DNA from: Octopus sinensis
Lineage: Eukaryota
NCBI RefSeq assembly: GCF_006345805.1
Contig: NW_021834128.1
Location: forward strand, 1-27,894
Reading direction: 5' to 3'
Length of the DNA stretch: 27,894 nucleotides
Positions 1 through 9,581 of this stretch are shown here, piece by piece. The translations under genes and the position numbers were made by a program. The stretch's first letter is position 1; every line of letters starts with the position of its first letter. The notes under the pieces were generated by a model, which worked only from the letters and a program-made list of their open reading frames with translations, searched no databases and was not told where the DNA came from.

Positions 1-93
1 TGGCAGGTATTAGATAAATGAATATATTATCTTTTGTTTCGTGGGTGGATCATTATACCAATATTAATACATGCACTGCAACAATTTCACTTC

Positions 94-137
<44 letters not shown>

Positions 138-147
138 TTATTATTAT

Positions 148-383
148 TCAGTAGTTTTAGTTTTATTTTTATAGCGTGCTTTCACTTCACTACCGAGCGC
201 AGCTCTGTGTGCCTTGGGTATGTGCTGTGATTTGTTGTGATGCTCTGATGGTTATTGTATGGAAAGTGTTCTGCGTAGGATGTGTGCAGTGCCTAGTAGT
301 GCAATTTTCTGTATGTATATGTGTTTGTAAGTCCTGGTGTTTTTTGTTATGTATTTGTCTGAATATTTTTTATCATGCCTAAT
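148..383 (-). mobile_element. 3' end of RLE-type (R4/Dong-like) non-LTR retrotransposon, family E1, 5'-truncated
   Basis: Minus strand reads, across small indels, LGMIKxYSDKYIT..PGL...IQKIALLGTAHILRRTLSIQ*, the typical C-terminus of RLE LINE ORFs, then a ~100 bp 3'UTR. Flanked on both sides by (AAT)n on its own strand. Same family as 22731 and 23938. Confidence 0.8.
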
Positions 384-410
384 ATTATATTATTATTATT
401 ATTATTATTA

Positions 411-447
<37 letters not shown>

Positions 448-520
448 TTATATTCATTATCATTATATTATTATTATTTATTATTATTATTATTATTATG
501 ATATTATTATTATTATTAGT
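384..520. repeat. (TTA)n microsatellite
   Basis: Directly visible; another (TTA)n tract lies at 94-147. Confidence 0.95.
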
Positions 521-523
521 TAA

Positions 524-735
524 AGCGCCGAGCTGGCAGATTCGTTAGCACGCCGGGCAAAATGCTTAGCAGTATTTCGTCTGTCTTTATGTTCTGAGTT
601 CAAATTTCGGCGAGGTCGACTTTGTTTTTCATCTTGTCAGGGTCGATAAATTAAGTACTAGTTGCATACCGGAGTCGATCTAATCGACTGCGCCCCCTCC
701 CCATAAATCGGCCCTTGTGCCTAGAGCAGAAAGAG
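524..735 (+). mobile_element. tRNA-derived SINE family A, near full length
   Basis: A-box-like TGGCAGATTCGTTAG, B-box GAGTTCAAATT, central gtcgactttg..ttcatc..gggtcgataaa.taagtac block, tail ggcccttgtgcctagagcagaaaga. About 10 related copies in the window. Confidence 0.85.
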
Positions 736-930
736 AATCGTTTGCACGCGGGGCGAAATGCTTCGCGGCACTTCTGTCTGCAAGGTCTGAGTTCAAATTC
801 CACCGAGGTTGACATTGCCTTTCAGCCTCAAGGGGGCGATAAACTAATTACTAATTAAACACTGGGGTCGATGTAATCGACTTCACCCCGACAAAAAAAA
901 TTTCAGGCCTTGTGCCTATAGTACAAAGGA
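736..930 (+). mobile_element. SINE family A, second head-to-tail copy, followed by (TTA)n tail
   Basis: GAGTTCAAATTCC B-box, ctggggtcgatgtaatcgact, and ggccttgtgcctatagtacaaagga running into (TTA)n. Confidence 0.85.
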
Positions 931-1014
931 TTATTATTATTATTATTATTATTCTTATTGTTATTATTATTATTATTATTGTTATTATTATTATTATTAT
1001 TGTTGTTGTTGTTG

Positions 1015-1061
<47 letters not shown>

Positions 1062-1064
1062 GTT

Positions 1065-1096
<32 letters not shown>

Positions 1097-1125
1097 TATT
1101 ATTATTATTATCATCATCATCATCA

Positions 1126-1156
<31 letters not shown>

Positions 1157-1175
1157 CATTATTATTATTATTATT
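931..1175. repeat. compound (TTA)/(TTG)/(TCA) microsatellite, probably an expanded SINE tail
   Basis: Directly visible, starts immediately after the SINE A 3' end. Confidence 0.95.
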
Positions 1176-1179
1176 AAAT

Positions 1180-1318
1180 CGCCGAGCCTAATCGTTAACA
1201 CGCCGAGCGAAATAGCGGGATTTCGTCCGTCGTTATGCTCGGAGTTCATATTCCACAACGGTCTCAAATCTGTTCTTTATCCTGTCGGGGTGGATGAAAT
1301 AAAGTACCAGTCGAGTAC
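1180..1318 (+). mobile_element. SINE family A, diverged, 3'-truncated
   Basis: aatcgttaacacgccgagcgaaat, ggagttcatattcc and gtcggggtggatgaaataaagtaccag match the family pattern. Confidence 0.7.
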
Positions 1319-1328
1319 ATAGAAATAT

Positions 1329-1363
1329 ATATTTTTTATCATACCTAATGCGCCTACTATGAT
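1329..1363 (-). mobile_element. tiny RLE LINE coding fragment (E1-like)
   Basis: Minus strand translates IIVGALGMIK and matches the 5' end of the 148-383 copy. Confidence 0.55.
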
Positions 1364-1376
1364 AATGATAATAATG

Positions 1377-1450
<74 letters not shown>

Positions 1451-1538
1451 AAGAAGAAGAAGAAGAAGAAGAAAAAGTGGTATAAATAATTTATAATAAT
1501 AATAAGTGAAGTGAAAGTACGCTATAAAAATAAAACTA

Positions 1539-1596
<58 letters not shown>

Positions 1597-1623
1597 TTAA
1601 TAATAATAATAATAATAATAATA
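1364..1623. repeat. (AAT)n/(AAG)n microsatellites containing the extreme 3' ~36 bp of an E1 copy (1505-1541, +)
   Basis: agtgaagtgaaagtacgctataaaaataaaactactg matches the E1 terminus. Confidence 0.85.
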
Positions 1624-1938
1624 GAGAGGGATTCTTTGGGGTTTGAATAATTCACCTCTGGAAACATGGGTGGTTCTTTCAACATCCTAAAACAACCCTT
1701 ATTCAGGGACCGTTTGAGCGGGATGGGCTACTCAACCTGAAGAAAATTCTAACTGGGCCCCACCTGCGAGGTCATGTGCTGTTTATCTTGATATGAGATC
1801 ACCATGTCGCGCACATATGGTTGTGATGCATGTGCCTGGGTACCCTTATCATCCTTAAGACGGGTAGTCATGATGGGTATTGGGCTTCGTATATTTTACC
1901 CCAGTGTCACTTTGATGGCATGAACTGCTCTCTCACTC
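1624..1938 (+). mobile_element. probable 3'UTR of an (AAT)n-embedded retroelement (E4), family unassigned
   Basis: 315 bp of complex sequence with sharp (AAT)n borders on both sides, inside the stack of RLE 3' ends. No convincing ORF; strand inferred from neighbours. Confidence 0.45.
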
Positions 1939-1949
1939 AATAATAATAA

Positions 1950-1977
<28 letters not shown>

Positions 1978-1980
<3 letters not shown>

Positions 1981-2280
1981 AAGAAGGAAAAGTCGATAGA
2001 TATGACTATGTTTAGTTTGGGTGAGTAAGCAGTTGTGGTCACTGAAAAAGGTGGTAGTAGTAGTGCCAAAGATTGTCGGAGACCTGGGAACTGTGAGTAA
2101 AAATCTTGAGAAGTACATGGAACAAATAGGGGCTGCAATAAGGGTGGAGCGGTTCAGTCATCAGACCCGCTCGAATACTCCGGATGGTGCTCGAAAAATA
2201 AGGGGCGTTGCCTTAGTTCACTGGTAGGGAACAGCTGACACCGTAGTACATCTTCCAGCGTTAGAAGCTGTGCAAAAATA
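1978..2280 (+). mobile_element. 3' end of RLE-type LINE, family E3, degraded
   Basis: Reads EGKVDRYD..., then KQLWSLKKVVVVVPKIVGDLGTVSKNLEKYMEQIG, matching the RLE motif K..Y..L..E...W......P.(I/V)VGALG. Followed by a short 3'UTR and (AAT)n. Confidence 0.75.
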
Positions 2281-2306
2281 ATGAAATGATAATGATAATA
2301 ATAATG

Positions 2307-2339
<33 letters not shown>

Positions 2340-2369
2340 TAATAATAATAATAATAATAATAATGATAA

Positions 2370-2540
2370 TCCTTTCTATTGTGGGTTCAAGGCCCGAAAT
2401 TTGGGAGATGGGGATAGTTGATTACATCGACCCCAGCACTACACTGGTACTTATTTTATTGAACCCAGAAGAATTGAAAACAAATTCGACCTCGGCAATT
2501 TGAACTCAGAATCGGAAAAAGTATGTAGTCCGACATTCTA
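2370..2540 (-). mobile_element. SINE family A, diverged; its (TTA)n tail is the (AAT)n tract at 2281-2369
   Basis: Reverse complement has ttctgagttcaaattgccgaggtcga, aagtaccag, ctggggtcgatgtaatcaact and gggccttg...tagaaagg. Confidence 0.8.
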
Positions 2541-2554
2541 TTATTTTGTTTTAT

Positions 2555-2898
2555 TCTTTTCTTTGTTTGTTATTTGACTGCGGCCATGCTGGAGCACCGC
2601 CCTTAGTCGAGCAAATCGACCCCCCCCCCCAGGACTTATTCTTTGTAAGCCTAGTACTTATTCTATTATTTTGCCGAACCGCTAAGTGACGGGGACCTAA
2701 ATACACCAGCATCAGTTGTCAAGTAATGGTGGGGGGATAAACACAGACACACAAAAATATATATATATATATATATACGACGGGCTTCTTTGTGTTTCCG
2801 TCTTCCATGACACTTGCCCAAGTTGCCATGCAGTGAGACTGAAACTGGAAGCATGTGGCTGGTAAGGAACCTAGTTACCACACAGCCACTCCTGCGCC
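2555..2898 (-). mobile_element. SINE family B (tRNA head, CORE-like segment, internal (TA)/(TG) microsatellite, tail), small internal deletion
   Basis: Reverse complement begins ggcgcaggagtggctgtgtggtaa, contains cttgggcaagtgtc, ends gcggtgctccagcatggccgcagtcaaat. Confidence 0.9.
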
Positions 2899-3044
2899 AA
2901 CATGTTAACGATTCTATCACCTCACTAGAAGTGAAATAGAACCAGTGCGTGTTTTATTGTTGACATAATTACCCTCCCAAGCAAGATACAACATGATCTA
3001 TTTCAACTTCACGTTAAAAAACTTGAAAAGCATATATATATATA

Positions 3045-3380
3045 TGAGAATTATTAATACAGGTACGACACCTGATGAAGTGGGACCTCTTATAATCTGC
3101 ACTGCTTTACCGACAGTAACATCAAAAACCCGCGGCCGCTAGACTAGATTAGTTTAGTGATATTTTGCACAGACTAGTACCCTGTACGCCATAGTATAAA
3201 TAAACTTGTATCGTTTATATTAATATACACGTATTTGTATTTCATTCAATTATTTAAGTAATTGTAATATATATATTTTTTAAATTTTGAGCAGTGATTC
3301 TCAGCCATTTATTTATACCAATGGACTCCTTTGATTCGTATTTTACTCCACTGGACCGCCATAGCCATTCAATGCTTTAA
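3045..3380 (+). mobile_element. possible degenerate Penelope-like terminal fragment
   Basis: CTGATGA at 3072-3078, AAAAACC at 3124-3130 where GAAAC would be expected, (TA)n neighbours. Weak. Confidence 0.25.
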
Positions 3381-3417
3381 ATAATTCCTATTAGATTTTT
3401 ATAATTAAATGTTATAA

Positions 3418-4017
3418 AGACGGCGAGTTGGCAGAAACGTTAGCACGTGGGGCGAGATGAGTAGCCGAATTTCGTCTGCCGTTACGTTCTGAGTTCAAAT
3501 TCCGCCGAGGTCGACTTTGCCTTTCATCCTTTCGCGGTCGATTACATAAGTACCAGTTACGCACTGAGGTCGAAATAATCGACTTAATCCGTTTATCTGT
3601 CCTTGTTTGCCCCTTCTGTGTTTAGTCCCTCGTGGGTAATAAAGAAATAGGTATTTTAAAGTTTCGTCTGCCGCTACGTTCTGAGTTCAAATTCCGCCGA
3701 GGTCGACTTTGCCTTTGATCCTTTCGGGGTCGATTAAATAAGTACCAGTTACGCACTGGGGTCGATATAATCGACTTAATCCGTTTGCCTGTCCTTATTT
3801 GTCCTCTCTGTGTTTGGCCCCTTGTGGGTAGTAAAGACATAGGTATTTCGCTTGTCTTTACGTTCTGGATTCAAATTCCGCCGAGGTCGACTTTGCCTTT
3901 CATCCATTCGCGGTCGATTAAATAAATAAGTACCATATCAGTTGCGTAGTGGGGTCGATCTAATCGGCCGGGCCCCCTCCCCAAGAGTTTCGGGCCTTGT
4001 ACCTTAAGTAGGAAAGA
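3418..4017 (+). mobile_element. SINE family A head-to-tail trimer
   Basis: One A-box head, three B-box plus body units about 190 bp apart, canonical tail only on the last unit. Imperfect 15 bp flanking repeat at 3401-3415 and 4018-4032. Confidence 0.9.
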
Positions 4018-4136
4018 ATGATTAAATATTATCAGAAATTGAAAATTTTAAAGAATCTGTTAACATACTTTACGTATTTTAGAAGCATAACCAGTTTATT
4101 GCTCATAAACCTTAAAAGCAAAATCTTATAATATTA

Positions 4137-4360
4137 AGGCGGTGCACCGATAAAATCGTAAGGAAGCCGGGCGAAATGCTTAGCAGCATTTCGTCCGACT
4201 TCATGTTCTGAGTTCAAATTCCGTCGAGGTCGACTTTACCTTTCATCATTTCGTGGGAGGCGGGTCGAAAAAAATATGTACCAGTTGAGTACTGGGGCCG
4301 ATGTAAGCGACTTATACCCTTCCTCAAAATTACTGGCTTTGTGTCAAAATATGAAACCAA
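4137..4360 (+). mobile_element. SINE family A with a variant tail
   Basis: gccgggcgaaatgcttagcagcatttcg, gagttcaaattcc, gtcgactttacctttcatc; tail ctggctttgtgtcaaaatatgaaacc. Confidence 0.85.
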
Positions 4361-4388
4361 TATTATATATATCATATATATATATAAT

Positions 4389-4472
<84 letters not shown>

Positions 4473-4503
4473 TATAATGTATAAATAAATAATATATACA
4501 TAT
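4361..4503. repeat. (TA)n microsatellite
   Basis: Directly visible; further (TA)-rich tract at about 4980-5190. Confidence 0.95.
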
Positions 4504-5479
4504 AGTAATTCCGCAAGCGACAAATGTTTCTTGCAGAGTGGGTATTTGCTTAATATAAAGCTTATATCGGGTAACATAAATGTTTAGGAAGGTTCCCTTC
4601 AAGTTTGTTTTATATTGTGTTTTATTTATTTCTTGTTCATCTTTCAGCATTTCGAGTTTATTCATTTGAAATTTCGGTAAACAAATAACAAGACAACATA
4701 TCTTATCTTACCAGCTATTATATATATATATATATAACACACATATATATATACAGATATATATATCAGAAGAGAACAAAACTGTTCAAGTTGGCTTCTG
4801 GGAGAAGAAAAAGAAGGAAAAACTAAAAGGAAAAAAAGAGACCCCCTCCTCTCGCTATATTTGGATTATAAATAACGCTGTAGTTATTTGCGTATATCAT
4901 GTTACACTATTTGTATATATACTCTGTAATTTACATGAACGCCTCAATGTAGACATGAAATATTCTGTTTCTCTGTCGTAATATATATATACACTCATAT
5001 ATATATGTATATAACATACATATAGATGTGGGTATGTATGCATATTTATTATCTATATTCTATATGTTATATAATACATATATATAATATATAAATATAT
5101 CTATATATATACATATATATATATGTATATATATATATAATATATATATCTATATATATATATATATATATCTATATATATATATATACGCACATCCATG
5201 TACACAAATACTCATATGTTAATGTATATGTACGGTATCCGGTGTAGAAGTTGATATGTAAATAGTTTTATGATCTCTTGGAAGAAATTCAACGGTCTGT
5301 AGTTGTGTCCAAAGTTATGAATGACAAAATAAACATATTCTGTAAACATTTTCATTTCATCTTAAACATTATATTCTTTCATTCTTTCATTCGTTCATTC
5401 TTTCATTCGTTCATTCTTTCATTCTATCAAACGTTTCGTTTTTCACATAATGTGGTTTGCGCAAATAACTCTTAAAATG

Positions 5480-5740
5480 TTTCAGGTAAAGAACTTATAT
5501 CAACAAAACGCTTTACACAAATATGAATTCTTGGAGACTGGAACACTGAGAATGCAGAATAATATGGACACTAGATTATTTCCAGTTGTTACAAGAACGC
5601 TAGGAATTTTGGACCAACTTACCATAAGAATCTGAAATAATTGCGTAGGACCTGGAAATTACTTCTATGCTCAAAGTTGAGAAGCTAGTAACCGAACCCT
5701 AGAGGTGATGGAAGTCTCCCGTAGTCTGAAGAAGATGCTT
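5480..5740 (+). mobile_element. old RLE-type LINE relic
   Basis: ORF 5450-5635 contains LHKYEFLETGTLRMQNNMDTRLFPVVTRTLGIL, alignable by eye to LSKYKTLEIEIQRM.......IPVIVGALGI at 23514-23607. Confidence 0.55.
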
Positions 5741-5793
5741 CTCCAATTCCTTCCTGAGCAACCTTCACAACTGATTCGTTTATGATGATCAAA

Positions 5794-5956
5794 CGCAGGA
5801 GTGGCTGTGTGGTAGATAGCTTGCTTACCAACCACATGGTTCCGGGTTCAGTCCCACTGCGTGGCACCTTGGGCAAGTGTCTTCTACTATCGGGCCGACC
5901 AAAGCCTTGCGAATGGATTTGGTAGACGGAAACTTAAAGAAGCCCGCCGTATATAT
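5794..5956 (+). mobile_element. SINE family B, 5' half
   Basis: cgcaggagtggctgtgtggtag, ccgggttcagtccc, accttgggcaagtgtc; stops at the internal (TA)n. Confidence 0.9.
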
Positions 5957-6325
5957 CAGTTCCAGTCGTTACAAGAGCGCAAGGAATTTTGGTAAAAATT
6001 TTAAAGAATTGCCTGGGAATTTCTTCCGTTTTCGTCCCCTTCCCCGATTAGAAGTGTACGTTCTATAACGTTGAGGAAATAATTGAGAAGCATATAAAGA
6101 GAAAAACCAAGAACCTATCGAACATTTGACAGCATTCCGAAGCCAACAGCACAAATCTGATATACACAGAACATGACTATTCTGCACACACTGTAGGTAA
6201 GTACTGATACAATTAGGAAATTCACACAGAATAACAACACTAGTACCAGAAAATATGCTTGTAACAAAAGGAGTGAGAAATGAATACCAAAGACTGCAAG
6301 CACGAAGAAAAATATTAAAAGTCCT
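5957..6325 (+). mobile_element. degraded RLE LINE pieces (VPVVTRAQGIL segment and a CCHC-knuckle-like relic)
   Basis: 5960-5992 repeats 5580-5612 with 3 mismatches in 33 bp. About 6087-6177 gives KEKNQEPIEHLT...IHR(fs)HD, resembling E(T)xxH...RH(D/N) of the LINE zinc knuckle. Confidence 0.35.
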
Positions 6326-6328
6326 TAT

Positions 6329-6651
6329 GTGTAGGAGGGCTGTGTGGTAAGTAGCTTGCTTACCAACCACATGGATCTGGGTTCAGTCCCACTGCGTAGC
6401 ACCTTGGGCAAATGTCTTCAACTATAGCCTCGGCCGACCAAAGCCTTGTGAGTGGATCTGGTAGACGGAAACTGAAAGAAGCCCACAACAGATGGTAGTG
6501 TGTTTACGTCCCCGTAAATTAGCGGTTCGGCAAAAGAGACCTATAGAATATGTACTAGGCTTACAAAGAATACGTCCTGGGGTCGATTTTCTCGACTAAA
6601 GGCGGTGCTCCAGCATGGCCACAGCCAAATGACTAAAACAAGTAAAAGAGA
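6329..6651 (+). mobile_element. SINE family B lacking the internal microsatellite
   Basis: Head and tail both present; aagaagccc joins directly to acaacagatggtagtgtgtttacgtcccc. Confidence 0.9.
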
Positions 6652-6714
6652 ATCTGGAATCAATAAAATAGAATATGGAAATTATAGTGATTACTCGTGT
6701 ATAACGCGAGGAAT

Positions 6715-6979
6715 AGTATTTAAAAAATAGCTTCATAGCCACTTGCGGCCGGATTCGATCCTGTTGTGTGATATCTTAGGCAATTGTCGTTTTTTCCACC
6801 CTTGAATCGACCCGTATCTTAAAAGTGAAAATAGGTAGATAGTAACTGTTCTGAAGTCTCTCAGGTGGATTGAACCTATCACCCGAACGATGCAGCCTTT
6901 TCATAGACTGTGTTATACTGATTGTACCAGAGAATTACGTTAAGGATATACATGTTAGCGGAATACTCAGCCACTTACA
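6715..6979 (+). mobile_element. old SINE with B-like head/CORE and family-C-like tail, interrupted at 6979 and resuming at 7217
   Basis: ggattcgatcctg..atcttaggcaattgtc..ggtagatagtaactg resembles family B; gagaattacgttaaggatatacatg..actcagccacttaca resembles 20667-20720. Confidence 0.6.
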
Positions 6980-7216
6980 GAGCCATTCAAGAATTTGGAC
7001 CTGGAGATCTCCATTTCCAGCGACTTCGAGGGCCAACTCCCAGTGGTGTCGAGCGTTAACGAAGAGCCCTTGACTACAAGACGACCAAAGTTTTTTTTTT
7101 CCAAGGTCTGGGGTCTCCCGCCCCTAAGCCCCAGACCATCACCTAATCACCCTTACCCGTCTTGTTGCTTTACAACAACAACAACAACAACAACACAACA
7201 ACAACAACAACAACAA
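6980..7216 (+). mobile_element. 5'-truncated retroposon with (CAA)n tail and 12 bp TSD
   Basis: CAGCCACTTACA at 6968-6979 and 7217-7228; (CAA)n at about 7173-7216; 9 bp perfect stem GGTCTGGGG/CCCCAGACC at 7105-7137. Confidence 0.75.
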
Positions 7217-7304
7217 CAGCCACTTACACATTAACTCGGGAAAGACGGAAACCCACCCAGAAGCATAATACCATAAGGCGAGGGGAAATTTAATATTAAA
7301 AACT

Positions 7305-7625
7305 CCGGATCCAAACTGGCGCGTATCATTATCACAGTATCGACAAGACTATCGGATGTTGTTATACATCGCTGGTCACAGTGCGCTTGCGTCATGCATT
7401 TTATCTTTCGAATGATGCCACCGCACTGGTTAGGCGTGCAGTCCAATATTCCTCTCAGTCAGAAGGCTATTCCGTCGCAGATTTATCCATTTACAGCCGA
7501 GCAAACTGGAGCAGTATGAAATGAAGTGTTTTGTTCATTAACACAACTCGCTACCTGCTCCAGGAATCGAACTTGTGGTCAAGCGATCGTGTGTGCAACA
7601 CCCTAACCACTAGGCCACGCGCCTT
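7305..7625 (-). mobile_element. tRNA-derived SINE family D, variant tail
   Basis: Reverse complement: ggcgcgtggcctagtggttagggtg (A box), aagttcgattcct (B box), acacttcatttcatactgctccag shared with the 11200-11452 copy. Confidence 0.8.
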
Positions 7626-7867
7626 ACTCGAGTGTAAAAAAAAATCTCGTAAAAACAAGAATGGCAAAGAAGGAACCTCGGGGTATTCAGTGCCGCATGT
7701 AGGGGTTTCCAAACCCAAACACGGAGCCCTCAAAAGTCCCTGACCCTCGAAAAGCCAGACTAATTTTCAGATTTCACCAAATTTATTAGAGAGAAGATAA
7801 AATAGAATTTATATCAATATAGTTCTTAGTTATTCTCCATGGTTTTGTAAAAGTTAAAAAAAGTTTA

Positions 7868-8504
7868 TATAATTTAAACCAGTTTAATTTAATTACCCAT
7901 GCCAATTTGTCTGCACCGTTTTGAATCTTTATATCCACTCTTCCTTCTGGAGACGGCTTAGCTATCTAGACTAATGAATGCGCTTCATTAATGCGGTTAC
8001 GAAACACCGTACGTGTTGCGAATTTTTAATTCAGTTTCCTGGCATGTTAGACTTCAGCTTAAAACGTGAAAGTTATATTACTAACATATAACAGGCAGCA
8101 GAATAAAAAAAAAACACTTTTGGATACCGAATGCAGATTATATATTCACATATTATTCATTTTATCATAGAATAGTTCAAGGTAACCCCAACCCCCTCTC
8201 AACGATTAACCGGAGATGGTTTTTAAAATGAGAATATCTGAAATAAACTCGACTACTCTCGCGATCGAGAATACTAAAAATGAACCCGACAGCTCTCAAA
8301 AATTAGGTAAAAAATAATCCAGAATCCTTGTCTGGTAGCAGATCGATCCCAAAATCTAATCAGTTTCTGCCAGTCACGAGGTAAAACATTACTGAAACTT
8401 TCATCAGAATCCATCCAGCGATTCTTGAGGTATCTTATCCACAGACAAACAAACAAATATGACTGAAAACAATACCTCTGCCTTCGCTAAGGCGGGGGTA
8501 ATAA
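7868..8504 (-). mobile_element. non-autonomous Helentron/DINE-1-like element (HINE-like)
   Basis: 5' hairpin 8473-8500 (TACCTCTGCCTT-CGCT-AAGGCGGGGGTA), short (GTTT/GTCT) tract, subterminal inverted match AATTACCCATGCC (7891-7903) to 8491-8503, small terminal palindrome TTAAAC-CA-GTTTAA (7874-7887). Confidence 0.6.
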
Positions 8505-8506
8505 AG

Positions 8507-8612
8507 ACCAGGCTTAAAAATAGCGAGTACCAGGGTTTCTTGTTGCTCGACTAAAGATCTTCATTGCGGTGCCCCAACATGGCTGCAGTCTGATGTTTGA
8601 AACGGGTAACGG
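8507..8612 (+). mobile_element. SINE family B 3' fragment, diverged
   Basis: ttgctcgactaaag..gcggtgccccaacatggctgcagtc..gaaac. Confidence 0.7.
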
Positions 8613-9159
8613 ATGAAAGATTAAACAAAAATTCACACACTCTCACAACAGATATAACACATGTGTGTAATGAAGAAAACACAAAATGGTAGAACGGAAG
8701 TAATGATAAACCGATACCCCACACATCAAAGCAAAATATAACTCGACGTTTCTCAAAAGATAGTACAGCACAGCAGGTGCACCTTGCAAGCACAAATGTG
8801 CAACTGGTGGGGCAGCCAAAACATGCAGAAAACGGTTGAAAACATGGTGATAATTTTAATGAATTTAGCATCATATTCATCATCATCATTATAATCTACA
8901 CACACACACACTCACACACACATACAGGCATACATACACGCACACGCTCACACACATATTGATAAAATTAAAGGTAATAAAAACAGCTAAGCGCAATGCG
9001 ATACCATAAAAGAAAAATTCAGTCATCACAAAGTGTGACTAGGGTGCCGACTCACCCACATTGCTAGAAATAAGAGTTAGAATACTCCTAATGCAGTAGG
9101 AATGGAATGTATTTACACACACACACACATACACAAATGATTGTGTGCTCGTGTGTGTA

Positions 9160-9345
9160 TGTATGTCTTTGTTTTTGTGTTTCCCTTCCACAACTGCTTG
9201 ACAACCAGTATTGGTAACTTAGCGGTTCGGCAAAGAGAGCGAGAAAGAGAGGGGTGGGGAATAAGTTGCCGGCTTAAAAAGAAGTCCTGGAGTCGATTCG
9301 TTTTCCCGAAGTTCTTCATGGCTGAAACAAGTAAAGGAGAAAAGA
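9160..9345 (+). mobile_element. SINE family B 3' half
   Basis: gcttgacaacc, aacttagcggttcggcaaagagag, aagtcctggagtcgatt, ctgaaacaagtaaag. Confidence 0.8.
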
Positions 9346-9362
9346 TATTTATATTGTCAATA

Positions 9363-9527
9363 GGCGCAGGAGTGGCTGTGTGGTAAGTAGCTTGCTAACC
9401 AACCACATGGTTCCGGGTTCAAACCCACTGCGTGGCACCTTGGGCAAGTGTCTTCTGCTATAGCCTCGGGCCGACCAAAGCCTTGTGAGTGGATTTGGTA
9501 GACGAAAACTGAAAGAAACCTGTCGTA

Positions 9528-9581
<54 letters not shown>

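Noticed and set aside
3060-3140. Second hammerhead at CTGATGA (3072-3078)
   Set aside because: No intact GAAA partner or closing stem I; at best a decayed copy.
8735-8800. Minus-strand GAAACGTCGAG as a hammerhead 3' half
   Set aside because: No matching 5' core or stems found.
9363-9435. tRNA genes at SINE heads (also 7550-7625, 11380-11452, 20413-20485)
   Set aside because: A and B boxes are present but run into SINE bodies, and I could not build a full cloverleaf with an acceptor stem.
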